Assembly (NCBI RefSeq): GCF_004010195.1
Contig: NC_057753.1
Coordinates: forward strand, 11,834,815-11,898,814
DNA length: 64,000 bases
Source: Chiloscyllium plagiosum
Taxonomy: Eukaryota
Direction of reading: 5' to 3'
The notes beneath the pieces are model-generated. The model searched no databases and was not told the DNA's origin. It saw only the letters and a program-made list of their open reading frames with translations. A program made the position numbers and the translations under genes. Of this stretch, positions 46,862 through 59,471 are shown one piece after another; the first letter of the stretch is position 1, and the number at the start of each line of letters is the position of its first letter.

Positions 46862-48170
46862 TTAGAGTCACCGAGTACAGCAGGGAGACAGACCCTTTGG
46901 TCCAACCCGTCCGTGCCGACCCAGATATCCCAACCCCAATCTAGTGCCACCTGCCAGCACCCGGCCCATGTCCCTCCAAACCCTTCCTATTCATGTACCC
47001 ATCCAGATGCCTTTTGAATGTTTCAATTCTACTTGACTCCACCACTTCCTCTGGCAGCTCATTCCATACACGTACCACCCTCAGCGTGAAACAGTTGTCC
47101 CTTAGGTCTCTTTTACATCATTCCCCTATCACCCTAAACCTAAGCCCCTCTAGTTCTGGACTCCCCGACCCCAGGGAAAACACCTTGTCTATTTACCCTA
47201 TCCATGTCCCTCATGATTTTATAAACCTCTATCAGATCACCCCTCAGCCTCCAACGTTCCAGGGAAAACAGCCCCAGCCTGTTCAGCCCCTCCCTGTAGC
47301 TCAAGGGAATTTCGAAACCCTTCGGATTTGGGGCGACACATCCTGAAAAGCGCGTGGGTCTGAGGGGATTCACAGTGACCGCGACGCAGCATCACAATGC
47401 CTCTTAAATGTTGCAATTGTACCAGCCTCCACCACATCCTCTGGCAGCTCATTCCATACACGTACCACCCTCTGCGTGGAACAAGTTGCCCCTTAGGTCT
47501 CTTTTATATTTTTCCCCTCTCACCATAAACCTATGCCCCTCTAGTTTCTGGACTCCCCCACCCCAGGGGGAAAAGACCTTGTCTATTTATCCAATCCATG
47601 CCCCTCATGATTTTATAAATCTCTGAGGTCACCCCTCAGCCTCTGACCCTCCAGTGAAAACAGCCCCAGCCTGTTCAGCCGCTCCCTGTACGTCAAATCC
47701 TCCAACCCTGGCAACATCCTTGTAAACCTTTTCTGGGCCCTTTCAAATTTCACAACAGCTTTCCGAAAGTGGCCTAACCAAAGACCTGCATAGCTGCAAC
47801 ATGACCTCCCAACTCCTGTACTCAATACTCTGACCAATAAAGGAAAGCATACCAAACGCTGCCTTCACTATCCTATCGACCTGCGACTCCACTTTCAAGG
47901 AGCTATGAACCTGCTCTCCTAGGTCTCTTTGTTCAGCAATATTCCCCAGGACCTTACCATTAAGTTCTGCTAAGATTTGCTTTCCCAAAATGCAGCACCT
48001 CACATTTATCTAGATTAAACTCCATATGCCACTTGTCAGCCCATTGGCCCATCTGATCAAGATCCCGTTGTAATCTGAGATTACCTTCTTCACTGTCCAC
48101 TACACCTCCCAATTTTGGTGTCATCAGCAAACTTACTTACTTTACCTCTTATGTTCACATCCAAATCAGT
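46862..48170 (-). mobile_element. Tandem or nested CR1 LINE 3' fragments
   Basis: EQRDLGEQVHSSLKVESQVDRIVKAAFGMLSFIGQSIEYRSWEVM; RFTRMLPGLEDLTYRERLNRLGLFSLE. Confidence 0.9.
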
Positions 48171-48248
48171 TAGCTTTAACAACATTCACTGAGGGAGCCT
48201 CAACCACTTCACTGAGAAGGGAACGCCATTGATTCACAACCCTTTGGT

Positions 48249-48543
48249 TTAGATGACTTACAGTGTGGAAACAGGCCCTTCGGCCCAACATGTCCACACC
48301 GACCCTCCCACCCAGACCCATTCCCCTACATTTACCCCTTCACCTTACACTGCGGGCAATTTAGCACGGCCAATTCACCTGACCCGCACATCTTTGGACT
48401 GTGGGAGGAAACCGGAGCACCCGGAGGAAACCCACGCAGACACGGGGAGAACGTGCAAACTCCACACGGACAGTCGCCTGAGGCGGGAACTGAACCCGGG
48501 TCTCCGGCGCTGTGAGGCAGCAGTGCTGACCACCGTGCCGCCC
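48249..48543 (-). mobile_element. HE1-type SINE
   Basis: Full head, V-domain and tail on the minus strand. Confidence 0.9.
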
Positions 48544-49199
48544 AGAAGTTCCTTCTCAGTTTTGTTGTAAATCTGCTGCCCCTAATTTTGCACCAAGTTT
48601 GAACTGGAGCAGTTCACCGACTTCGCCCACACCTTCCTCCCCGCCCTCGAATTCACTTGGGTCCATCTCGGACACTTGCCTCCCTGTTCTTGACCTCTCC
48701 ATTTCCGTTTCCGGCGACAGTCTCCGGCCGGACGTTAACTACTAGCTAAGAAAATTACATTGCTGGTTGTAATTGTGTTGCTAGTTGAGAAAATTACATC
48801 GGGTGGTTAGTCGTCCTCTCTCCTTTAACCAAGCAAGACTTTTTTTTTAAATTCTGAATTGGCGCCCAAACAGCTCAGCGCCAAAGTAATGAGTCCCAAA
48901 ACAGTTTAGAACCAAAATGGTGGGGCTAAATGATCGGCGCCACATAGTCCCATTCTGTCTCTTGAACTGTCCAACCTGTCAATCGTCCTTCCCACCTATC
49001 CGTTCCACCCTCCCTACCGACCTATCACAATTACTCCCCACCTGCATCCACCTATCGCCTTCCCAGCCCCACCCCCCCGCCCCTACTTATCTCACCCTTC
49101 CCCCCTCCACATTCCTTAAGAAGGGCTTCTGTCTGAAACGTTGACTCCCCTGCTCCTCGGATGCTGCCCGACCTGCTGTGCTTTTCCAGAGCCACACTT

Positions 49200-50490
49200 T
49201 TCAACTCGTCCATGCTGACCAGATAGCCGAAATCTGCCAGCACTTGGCCCAGATCCCCCTCAACCCCGACCTATTCGTGTACCTGTCCAGATGCCTTTTA
49301 AATGTTGCAATTGTACCAGCCTCCAGCACTTCCTCTGGCAGCTTGAGTACAGGAGTTGGGAGGCCAAGTTGTGGCTGTACCGGGCGTTAGTGAGGTCACT
49401 TTTGGAATATTGCGTGCAATTCTGGTCTCCTTCCTATCGGAAGGATGTTATGAAACGTGAAAGGATTCAGAGAAGATTTACAAGGATGTTGCCAGGGTTG
49501 GAGGGTTTGTGCTATAGGGAGAAGCTGAACAAGCTGGGGCTGTTTTCCTCGGAGCGTCGGAGGCTGAGGGGTGACCTTACAGAGGTTTATAAAATCATGA
49601 GGGGACACGGTTAGGATAAATAGACAAAGTCTTTTCCCCAGAGTAGGGGGAGTCCAGAACTAGAGGGCCTAGGTTTGGGGTGAGAGGGGAGAGATATCAA
49701 AGGGACCTAAGGGGCACTTTTTCACACAGAGGATGGTGCGTGTGTGGAATGAGCTGCCAGAGGAAGTAGTGGAGGCTGGTACAATGACAGCATTGAAAAG
49801 GCATCTGGATGTGGACATGAATAGGAAGGGTTTCAGAGGGATATGGGCCAAGTGCTAGCAAAAGGGACAAGATTAATTTCGGGATATCTGGTCGGCATGG
49901 ATGAGTTGGATCGAAGGGTCTGTTTCCATGCTGTACATCTCCATGACTGTATGACAGGATGGTGCGTGTGTGGAATGAGCTGCCAGAGGAAGTAGTGGAG
50001 GCTGGTACAATGACAGCATTTAAAAGGCATCTGGATGTGGACATGAATAGGAAGGGTTTGGAGGGATATGGGCCAAGTGCTGGCAAAAGGGACAAGATTA
50101 ATTTCGGATATCTGGTCGGCATGGATGAGTTGGACCAAAGGGTCTGTTTCCATGCTGTACATCTCCATGACTGTATGACACGCACCACCCTTTGCATCAA
50201 AACGTTGCTCCTCGGGGACCCTTTTAAATCTTTCCCCTCTCATCATCAAAACTAGAGCCTGTGTCCTCTCAGTTTTGAAATCCTCTACCCTTCTCGCTGT
50301 TCACCCTGGCCATGCCACTTACGATTCCATTAGGTCACCCCTCAGCCTCCGACGCTCCGGGGAAAACAGCCCCAGCCTGCCCAACCTCTTTCTGTAACCT
50401 CCAACCCTGGCAACATCCTTGTAGATCTTCTCTGCACCTTCTCGAGTTGCCCGGCATCTTTTCTGAAGCAGGGAGACCAGAATTGAATTT
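49200..50490. mobile_element. Plus-strand CR1 (49340-50178, tandemly duplicated ~222-bp 3' end) inserted in a minus-strand CR1
   Basis: LYRALVRSLLEYCVQFWSPSYRKD..RRLRGDLTEVYKIMRG; aggatggtgcgtgtgtggaatg..ctgtatga occurs twice. Confidence 0.85.
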
Positions 50491-51019
50491 AGTTTGAGAG
50501 GCTGCCTTCGCTTATCTCGGGACTCCGTTACTGAATTCAGCTTGCTTCGACCGAACGGCGGTTCAGAAGTGCAGAGGGAGGAAAGAGTGTTTTGTAGAAG
50601 CTAGAATTTCCTGTTGTGAGTTTCTGTCCTGCAACGATCATGATCCTGACACTCGACTCTTTTTACAGAGGAAATCGTGGGAGACGGAAACCAAGCATCT
50701 GACTGATTCACTCAATCTGTCGGGAGCTGAAGATCATTGGGGCCTTCGAATGTGGAAGGAGAAATGTTTGTTGTGTCTACGGGAGAAGGTTTAAGATATC
50801 TGTGTTTGGAAAGGCACTAATGCGCACACAGCCTCTGAGGAGCAGGAGAATCGACGTTTCAGGCATTTGGCCTTCACACCCAAAGTGAGCATGTTTCGGC
50901 ACACCGACTGTGGAAAAGACTTTGGCGCAGCCTGAGAAACGTCACATCGTTCACAGAGGAGGAAGGAAACCGCAAAAAAAAAAAAAACATGTTCTGAGTG
51001 TGGAGGTGGCTTCGACTGA

Positions 51020-51646
51020 CCGTCCAACCTGGAGCGACACGAGGGCACCCCCGCCACAGAGAAACCCTGGGAATGCGGGTTCTGTGGGAAAAAGTTCAAT
51101 TATCCGTCTGAGCTGGGGATCCACCAGCGGGCGCACACCGGGGAGAGGCCGTTCACCTGCACCGAGTGCGGCACGGGGTTCTCCCGTCTGTCCAACCTGC
51201 TGAGGCACCAGCTGGTCCACTCTGACGTGAGGACGTTCAAGTGCGCCGACTGCGGCAAGGCCTTCAAAAGCAGCAGCGACTTGCAGAAGCACCGGCGGGT
51301 CCACACCGGGGAGCGGCCGTTCGTCTGCGCCGCGTGCGGCAAGGGCTTCACCTGCTCGTCCAACCTGCTGAAGCACCAGCGCACCCACACCGGGGAGCGG
51401 CCGTTCGTCTGCTCGGTGTGCGGCAAGGGCTTCACGGGCTCCTTCACCCTGCTGCAGCACCAGCAGGTGCACACGCCGGAGAAGCCCTTCGCCTGCTCCG
51501 AGTGCGGCAAGGGCTTCACTCGGGCGTTCACGCTGCAGGCCCACCAGCGGGTGCACACCGGGGAGAGGCCGTTCACCTGCCCCGTGTGCGGGAAGGGGTA
51601 CACCCGCTCCTCCCACCTTCTGAGACACCAGGTGGATCACGACTGA
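51020..51646 (+). CDS. C2H2 zinc-finger array E (7 intact fingers) lacking an in-frame ATG; gene or young pseudogene
   Basis: Frame is open from the TGA at 51017 to the stop at 51644: EKPWECGFCGKKFNYPSELGIHQRAH..RSSHLLRHQVDH. Acceptor tttttacag at 50668; AATAAG at about 51833. Confidence 0.6.
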   Translation, partial: PSNLERHEGTPATEKPWECGFCGKKFNYPSELGIHQRAHTGERPFTCTECGTGFSRLSNLLRHQLVHSDVRTFKCADCGKAFKSSSDLQKHRRVHTGERPFVCAACGKGFTCSSNLLKHQRTHTGERPFVCSVCGKGFTGSFTLLQHQQVHTPEKPFACSECGKGFTRAFTLQAHQRVHTGERPFTCPVCGKGYTRSSHLLRHQVDHD

Positions 51647-51837
51647 CCGTGGGGAGGGGTTTCGACTCGGCCCTTGTGGGTCACGTCCACTTGGAGGTGT
51701 GTAAGAAATGTGTCTCCGTCACTCGCTTTCTCATCGGCTCAGAGCTCCGAGGCAGAGAACGGAAGAATTATCCCAACTGTGTTTAGCGTCAGGGAGATGA
51801 CAGTGAATGTGTCAAAATTGCTTCGGATCAGAAATAA

Positions 51838-52335
51838 GGTAATTTAGTACGACCGATCCACCCTAACCTGCACATCCCTGGGCACTATGGGTAATTTAGC
51901 ACGGCCAATCCACCCTAACCTGCACATCCCTGGGCACTATGGGTAATTTAGTACAACCGACCTGCACATTCCTGGGCACTATGGGTAATTTAGTACGACC
52001 GATCCACCCTAACCTGCACATTCCTGGGCACTATGGGTAATTTAGCACGGCCAATCCACCCTAACCTGCACATCCCTGGGCACGATGGGTAATTTAGCAC
52101 GGCCAACCCACCCTAACGTGCACATCCCTGGGCACTATGGGTAATTTAGCACGGCCAATCCACCCTAACCTGTACATCTTTGGATTGTGGGGGGAAACCG
52201 GAGCACCCGGAGGAAACCCACGCAGGCACGATGGGAGAACGTGCAAACTCCACGCAGACGGTCGCCCGAGGCTGGCATCGAACCTGGGTGCCTGGCGCTG
52301 TGAGGCAGCAGTGCTCACCACTGAGCCACCGTGCT
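51838..52335 (-). mobile_element. HE1-like SINE with 52-bp VNTR (~6 units)
   Basis: Head at 52270-52335, V-domain, tandem units at 51838-52170. Confidence 0.88.
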
Positions 52336-52499
52336 GGCCCCAAATAAAGTAGGGGAAGTAGGCCATTCAGCCCTTGGAGTTGGCTCTGCCATTCAATATA
52401 ATCATGGCCGATCGTCCAACTCAGTCCCCTGTTCCCGCTTTCTCTTCCATACCTTTTGGATTCCATTAACCCTAAGAACTAAAAAGGCACAGACTACTG

Positions 52500-53220
52500 A
52501 CTCAGTTAAAAGTAGGGGCTTGGGTAATGCTGTAGGACAAATGGACCAAAGGGTTCAGGTACATAATTCTTTTGAAGTTTGCTTCACATATAGTCAGGGT
52601 GGCTAAGAAGGCGTTTCGCACGCTTGCCTCAGACTGTTGATGATGGGAATCGGGACTTCATGTTGAGGTTGTACGGGACGTTGGTGAGGCCTTTTCTGAG
52701 TACCGTACCCAGTTCCGGTCGCCCTGTTACCGGAGGGATATTATTAAGCTGCCGAGGGTGCAGAAGAGACTTACCTGGGATGTTGCCGGGATCGGAGGGT
52801 TTGGGTTATCAGGAGAGGCTGGATAGGCTGGGGCTGTTTACACTGGAGAGTAGGAGGTTGAGAGGCGACCATATAGAGGTCAGTAAAATGATGAGGGGTG
52901 TAGATAAGGTGAATGACGGGTGTCTTCACCCTGGGATGGGGGATTTCAAGGCTAAGGGGGTACATTTTTACGATGTGACGAGAAAGATTTGAAAAAAGAC
53001 ACGAGGGGTAATTTTGTTTTTATACTCGAGTGGTTCGCGTGTGGAATGAACTTCCTGAGGAAGTGGGTACACGTACAGCGTTGAAAAAACATTTGGATAA
53101 GTACGTGAACTAAAAAGGCTCTGAGGGGCATGGGCCAGGAGCAGGCAGGTGGGACTGGTTGAGTTTAGGCTGACGGACGGCACGGACTGGTTGGACTGAA
53201 GGGTCTGTTTCCGTGCTCGA
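52500..53220 (+). mobile_element. CR1 LINE 3' fragment
   Basis: MLRLYGTLVRP..ERLDRLGLFTLESRRLRGDHIEV. Confidence 0.85.
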
Positions 53221-53877
53221 TAGCTGGATCTAACGCCCTCTTGAAAACATGTCAGCTTTCCGTGGGAGAGAATTCCACAGGCCAGTTCACTCTCTGGGGT
53301 GAAGAGATTTCTCCTCGTGTCAGACCCGAATGCCTACCTTGTATACCCAAACTATCTCAACTCGCCAGTGATGGTGGTGGGGGGGTGGTGTTCTTACTGC
53401 ATTTCCCCTGTTGAGCCCAGATAGAATTCTGTGGGTGTTAAGTCCCAACCGATCGGTCTTCCAACCCACCCCCCCCACACGTTATTCTGAACCTTATTCC
53501 CCGGATGTAGTCTCATGGGAATCACCCCATGCAGGAGCCTCCCTGCTCCTGTGCTCAAACCCTCCTCCTCAGGCGACGATCACACACCAATTGCCTCCTT
53601 TCGGGCTCAAACTGTGACCGGTTCCTCGCTGAACGGAAACCGGCAGGTCCGTACGTGCAAACCCAGCAATTAGGAACAGGTTCGAACCACCCAGACCCAC
53701 AAACCTCCTCAATCGCAGCTGATCTGATTCCGCCAGATTCCCACCTCACCCTGTTAACCCTTCACCCCCTCCCCACCTTTCCAAACGTTTCAACCACAGT
53801 CAGGAGACTTTATTCCCACTTTTTTCTCCTCGTCTCTGGCTTCAGTGCCTTTTGTTAACAGTGACCGCCTTCCTAGT

Positions 53878-54350
53878 TTAGATTAGATTCCCTGCAATCT
53901 GGAAACGGGCCCTTCGGCCCAGCCCAGACCCATTTCCCTCTGACTAATGCACTTTAACACTACGGGCAATTTTTAACGTGGCCAATTCACCTGGCCGGCA
54001 CATCTTTGGACTGTGGAGGAAACCCACGCAGACACAGGGGGGAGAACGTGCAAACTCCACGCAGACAGTCGCCCCGAGGCTGACATCGAACCTGGGACCC
54101 TGGCGCTGTGAGGCAGCAGTGCTCACCACTGAGCCACCAGGCTGCCCTTTCCTTTAACACTACGGGCAATTTTTAACGTGGCCAATTCACCTGGCCGGCA
54201 CATCTTTGGACTGTGGAGGAAACCCACGCAGACACAGGGGGGAGAACGTGCAAACTCCACGCAGACAGTCGCCCCAAGGCTGACATCGAACCTGGGACCC
54301 TGGCGCTGTGAGGCAGCAGTGCTAACCACTGAGCCACCAGGCTGCCCTTT
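53878..54350 (-). mobile_element. HE1-type SINE, tandemly duplicated (~200-bp unit)
   Basis: ctttaacactacgggcaatt..gagccaccaggctgcccttt at about 53952-54150 and 54152-54350. Confidence 0.88.
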
Positions 54351-55851
54351 CTAGGATTTCTCACAAGGGGAAACATCCTCTCCCAACGTGCTCTGGCAAG
54401 ACCTCCCCATCCCAGTTGGGCCAGCTCTTGACCTTCAGCAGACATAAGCCTGACCTGTTCAGGGCTCTCTTTGTCAGAGCCACCTGCCCATTCTCGGTGT
54501 TCATCTGGTAAATCACGTCTGAACGATTTCCAACCATGGACCACCTTGCAGTGTGCGGTCATTCTGGGATTGCAAATATTTGTGTGACCTTTTCTGTTGG
54601 GGAGTGCCAACAGTTGCATTTCTATGGAACCTGTCACCTCCCGAGGGTGCTTCATGGATGATCAAAGCTTGGCCCAAGAGCTTAATTTTGTTTTGTTTTG
54701 CTTTTAATTCATTTCTGGGGGGGGGGCAGTGAAGGAATGGCCGATACATTTGCAAGTCAGGATGGTGAGCATCTCAGAGGGGAACTTGCAGGGGGGGTGG
54801 TGTTCCAATGTATCTGCTGCCCCTTGTCCTCCTAGGTGGAAGTGGCCGTGGGTTTGGAAGGCGCTATCTGAGGATCTTTGGCGAATTTCTGCAGCGCATC
54901 CTTGTACAGTGCATCTTAAGACCTATCTTGAAGGAGGATGTTAAGGGAGCCCCCCCCCCCCCCTCTCCCAGAGCTTGGCAGTTGGTCAAACGATGCAGTT
55001 GAGGTTCAGAAAATAAGACGCTTGGAGGGTCCTGAGGCCGGAGGAGACTCCAGAGGCCGTCGTGGGAGGGAGTGGCTGCCTGGCTGGAGCTTGCAGCCTG
55101 GCCCAATAGTGATGTGGAGGCATTGAACTGAGGCGGACAAAGTTAGAAGGCACACAACACCAGGTTTATTCGAAATCACAGGCTTTCGGGGCGAGGTGAG
55201 GCATTTCGCCTGACAAAGGAGCTACCCTCAGAGCTCATGACTTCAAATAAACCTATCGGACTATAACCTGATGCCATGTGACTTCTGACTTTGTCCATCC
55301 TGGGTTTGTGTCATTATTAAACTGGGGCCCCGAGTGTAATGGGCGCTCCCACATTATAAAACAATTCGCACCATTCTGAGTTTTTAAGTCACGGTTTGCG
55401 ACGCGATTTCATTCGTCTGACCCCCCCCCTGCTGTTGTACTCTGTATCGAAACACTTCTGCCGGGTATGTCTGAGTCAGTGTTAAGCATGAACTGACCGC
55501 TCCAGATCACACTGAGGACTCGTCTGTCAAGAATTTTTCATTCGAAGTTCTGCAGGTAGTTTTCCAGCCTCTATGCTGTCCCTTACCGCAGTAGATACAG
55601 CAGCATTTCTACATAATCAGACCTGTACTCAATTTGCTTATAAAGAGACAAGGGAATTTGGTTCATGGGGATGACTTCAGAACTGTGGCACATCAGTCTA
55701 GGGAAACACCAGAAATTAAAGGCCGTATCATTTTTGTTTTGCGATATTTTGGACAGGAATGGGGAAAAATGATAACTGTTTTAAACACCCAGGCTTTGCT
55801 GCTCTTTGCAAAACCAAGTTTCCCCACCAAGTACTGTTTACACAGCTGCTT

Positions 55852-57310
55852 GGTCGTGTTGCGACTGTACAGGACGTTGGTTAGGCCACTTTTGGAGTAC
55901 TGCGTTCAGTTCTGGTCTCCCTGCTATGGGAAAGATGTTGTGAAACTTTCAGAGGGTTCAGAAAAGATTTTGCCGGGGTTGATGAGTTTGGGCTACAGGG
56001 AGAGGGCTGAACAGGCTGGGGCTGTTTTCCCTGGAGCGTCGGAGGCTGAGGGGTGACCTTATAGAGATTTATGAGGAGTGTGGATAAAGGTATCTTTGCC
56101 CAGGAGTCATATCTTTAAGGTGAATAGAGAGAAGATTTAAAAAAGACACGAGAAGTGATTTTATTTTAACGCAGAGAGTAGTTCATGTGTGTGGAATAAA
56201 CTTCCAGAGGAAGTGGTGGATGTGAGTACAGTTACAACATTAAAAAGATATTTGGATAAGTACATAAATAAGAAATGTTTGGAGGGATATGAGCCAACTG
56301 CAGGCAGATGGGACTGGTTTGGTTTGGGATTATGAACTTGTTTGACTGAACTGTCCGTTTCTCTGCTGTGGGACTCTATAATTGCTGTGAGCTGTGGCTG
56401 TTAATCAACGAGTCAACTGCTTCATAAGAGTAAATCAGCAACCCTGTATCTTCCACAAGCAAGCAAAGATTATCTCCCAAGTACAGGACCTTGATCAAAT
56501 GGGCCAAGGGGTGGCAAATGTAGTTTACCTTAGATAAATGTAAGGTGTTGCATTTTGGAAAGGCAAACCAGGGCAGGGCTTATACACTTAACGGTAAGAT
56601 CCTGGGCAGTGTTACCAAACAAAGAGACCTTGGAGTGCAGGTTCAAAGCTCCTTGAAAGTGGAATAGCTGGTAGACAGAATGGTGATGAAGGCGTTTCGT
56701 GTGCTTGCCTACATTGGTCAGCACTTTGAGTAAAGGAGGTGAGATGTCACAATGCACCTGTACAGAGCATTGGTGACGCCACTTTTGGAATACTGCGTCC
56801 AATTCCAATTGCCTTTCTTTCGGAAGGAAGTTGTAAACTTGAAAGGGGTCAGAAAGGATTGACAAGGATGTTGCCAGGACTGGAGGGTTTGAGTTAAAGG
56901 GAGAGGTTGAATAAGCTGTGGCTTTTCCCCCCTGGAGTATCAGAGGCTGAGAGGTGACCTTTTATAAAGGTTTATAAAATCATGCGGGGCATGGAGAGGG
57001 TGAATAACCAAGATCTTTTTCTTAATCCAGAACTAGAGGGCACAGGTTTAACATGAGAGGGGAAAGATATAAAAGAGACCTATGGGGCAACTTTTTTCAC
57101 ACAGGGTGGTGCAGTGTACGGAATGAGCTGCCAGAGGAAGTGGTGGAGGCTGGTACAATTGCAACATTTTAGAAGGCATCTGGATGAGTACATGACAAGG
57201 ATGGGTTTAGAAGGACATGGGCCAAGTGCTGGCAAATGGCGCCAGACACGATCTCTGGTCTGCACGGATGGTTTGGACCGAAGGGTCTGTTTCTGTGCCG
57301 TATGATTCTA
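55852..57310 (+). mobile_element. Two CR1 LINE 3' fragments
   Basis: LRLYRTLVRPLLEYCVQFWSPCY. The second copy at 56480-57310 has KCKVLHFGKAN, RDLGVQVQSSLKV and a 3' UTR. Confidence 0.88.
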
Positions 57311-58139
57311 TAAGTATCTGGAGGGGAATTAAAGAACAGCACATCCTGGCAAGGCTAAAAAGGACCATTTGGTGTTAAGTTGAGAAAACAAGTCTGTGCT
57401 TTCTGTCAATCTGGTTCTGAGAGATGGGCAGATTGGGAAATTCTGCACGCTTTTGAAAATCTTTTAATGTTTGTAATGTCTCTGGGAAATGGATTCTCTG
57501 ACTGCCAGTGTGCTGCACTAGTGAGGTGCAACAATATTGCTCACCATATCATATCATAGGTATAAATGCATACTATTAATCAGAGAATCCCCTGTGTGGA
57601 AGCAGGCCATTCACCCCATCTAGTCCATACCCACCCCTCTGAAAAGCATCCCACCCTTCTCCCCCCCCCCCCCCCCCCCCCCCCCGTATCCCTACACTTC
57701 CCATGGCTAATCCCTGGGCAATTTTGCATGGGCAATTCATCTAATCTGCACGTTTGAAATTTAATGGAGAATTTGGTGGGGGGGGGGGAAAGAAACACTA
57801 GCAATTGCGAATACCCCTTTACCTGAGCAGAACTTCAATTCCTTTTGAATTCAACAGGTTTGGCAGCATCTGTGGGGTGAAAGCAGAGTTACCAGATCTG
57901 CTGAGTTTCTCCAGCAATCTCTGCTTTCGTGTTAGAACTTCAGCCTTGGCAGTTCTCTGTATTTATTATTCCAGACTCTGAGTCAAAAATGAATGTATTT
58001 CCCTTCAAATATAAATGCATCACCTCTCTATATTCCACCCCGTGGTAATTAGATTAGAGAGGTGTGACCTCGGACAGGATTATTTGCCTGAGAAACGTTT
58101 TATGCAGGAAAGTCACGATTGCAGAAGATGCCCAAGTAT

Positions 58140-58500
58140 TTCACCCCCTGAGCGAACAGCGCAGGCGCACTGTGGCTGAGGGGAGGGGGGGGCGTGCCCG
58201 GGGCGGTGACAGTCCGGAGCAGGCGCAGTGCAGCCGGAGCCCGCCGTCGCGTGGGAGGAGGTGACGGTCGCCTCGAGCCGGTTGCCCTGGACACCATTCG
58301 TTGCTGGACCCGATGAGGGAACAATGGGAGGGAGGGAGGGGCGTGGAAGCTGACGACGTTGGTGGCTTGAGGCGGGCCTCCGCGTTCCATTGCGGACGTC
58401 ACAACGCGGAAGTCGCCAGGTCAATTTCAGAGTGAATGTCTTTTTTGTCCCCCCTCCTCCTTTTTCAGATTGGGTTCTCACCCTGGGAGTGAGTGAGAGA
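58140..58500 (+). promoter_or_regulatory. CpG-rich promoter and first exon of ZNF gene F
   Basis: Two GCAGGCGCA NRF1-like sites, GC boxes, GACGTCA, ETS-like GCGGAAGT at about 58406, donor-like GTGAGT at about 58489. Confidence 0.68.
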
Positions 58501-59471
58501 GAGAGAGGGGGGAAAGACTGTTCACTTGCAGCAGCTGAAGTGAATCCAGGGAGCGGTCAGGCTCAGCTTTGATGCATGAACTTGTCTGGCTAAAGTAAGT
58601 TGTCCTCCCTCCCTCCCTCCAGCGAGTCTCTCTTCCCCCCCATTGCACCCCACAGGTTTTCCTCTGGCTAAAAGAATGGCCTGTTTCCTAAAGTTCACAA
58701 CTTTAATGGGGTAGTTTCTCATTTAAGTAATCTGTCAATTAATAAGACAATTGAGACTGGTGTATATTTGACACGTCATTTGTGATTTGCAGAGCTTCAT
58801 TTATAATGATTTCTAGTCTTTTGACAGTCGTAACTCTACACAACAATAGGATGCATATTTCTTTCAAATGCTTATCCAATTTTATTTCCTAACAATTTAT
58901 CGCCCCCAATTCCAACAACTGTGTAGTCAGATTCTAAATCCCTGCTGAAATAATGATCTCCTCACATCCCGTATGCATCTTTAATCAAAAACAGTGTGTA
59001 ATGATCACTTTTTAAAATTAAATAACACACACACAATATGAACTCCAATAACACTTACATACATATATGAATTTCTAATGCTCAATTTTTACATATACAT
59101 GTAATATGAATTTCTATCCTGTACTGAAAGTGATAACTTTGTGTAAATTCCTTTTACAGGCTGATTGAAGGGGAGGATTCACACTCGGTACAAATATTAC
59201 ATCGATATCTTATGGAGGCACTCAATTCATTGGAGTGGAGTACCATCAGCATTTAAATCATGAAAAATAAAAATTTTTCTGTGTCTGCTTCAACAGGATT
59301 TAAACATCAGTGAGACTGAAAGGGTCACAGTGTTCCAGTGCACTGACTGATCGTTACACTCTGAGAACAGCATTACATCATTCACACCGGGGAAAGACTT
59401 ACCGTGGTTCGGAGTGTTGGCAAAACTTCAACTGATCATCCAAGCTGGAGAGACGCAAGGCCACCCACGCC

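Noticed and set aside
51017-51019. Selenocysteine or readthrough TGA in ZNF leaders
   Set aside because: It falls at a helix position rather than a Cys, is easily explained by CGA>TGA decay, the upstream frame is disrupted and no SECIS was recognised.
53560-53720. Possible structured ncRNA (ccggttcc..ggaaaccgg hairpin)
   Set aside because: A single short hairpin with no family motif or Pol III terminator evidence.
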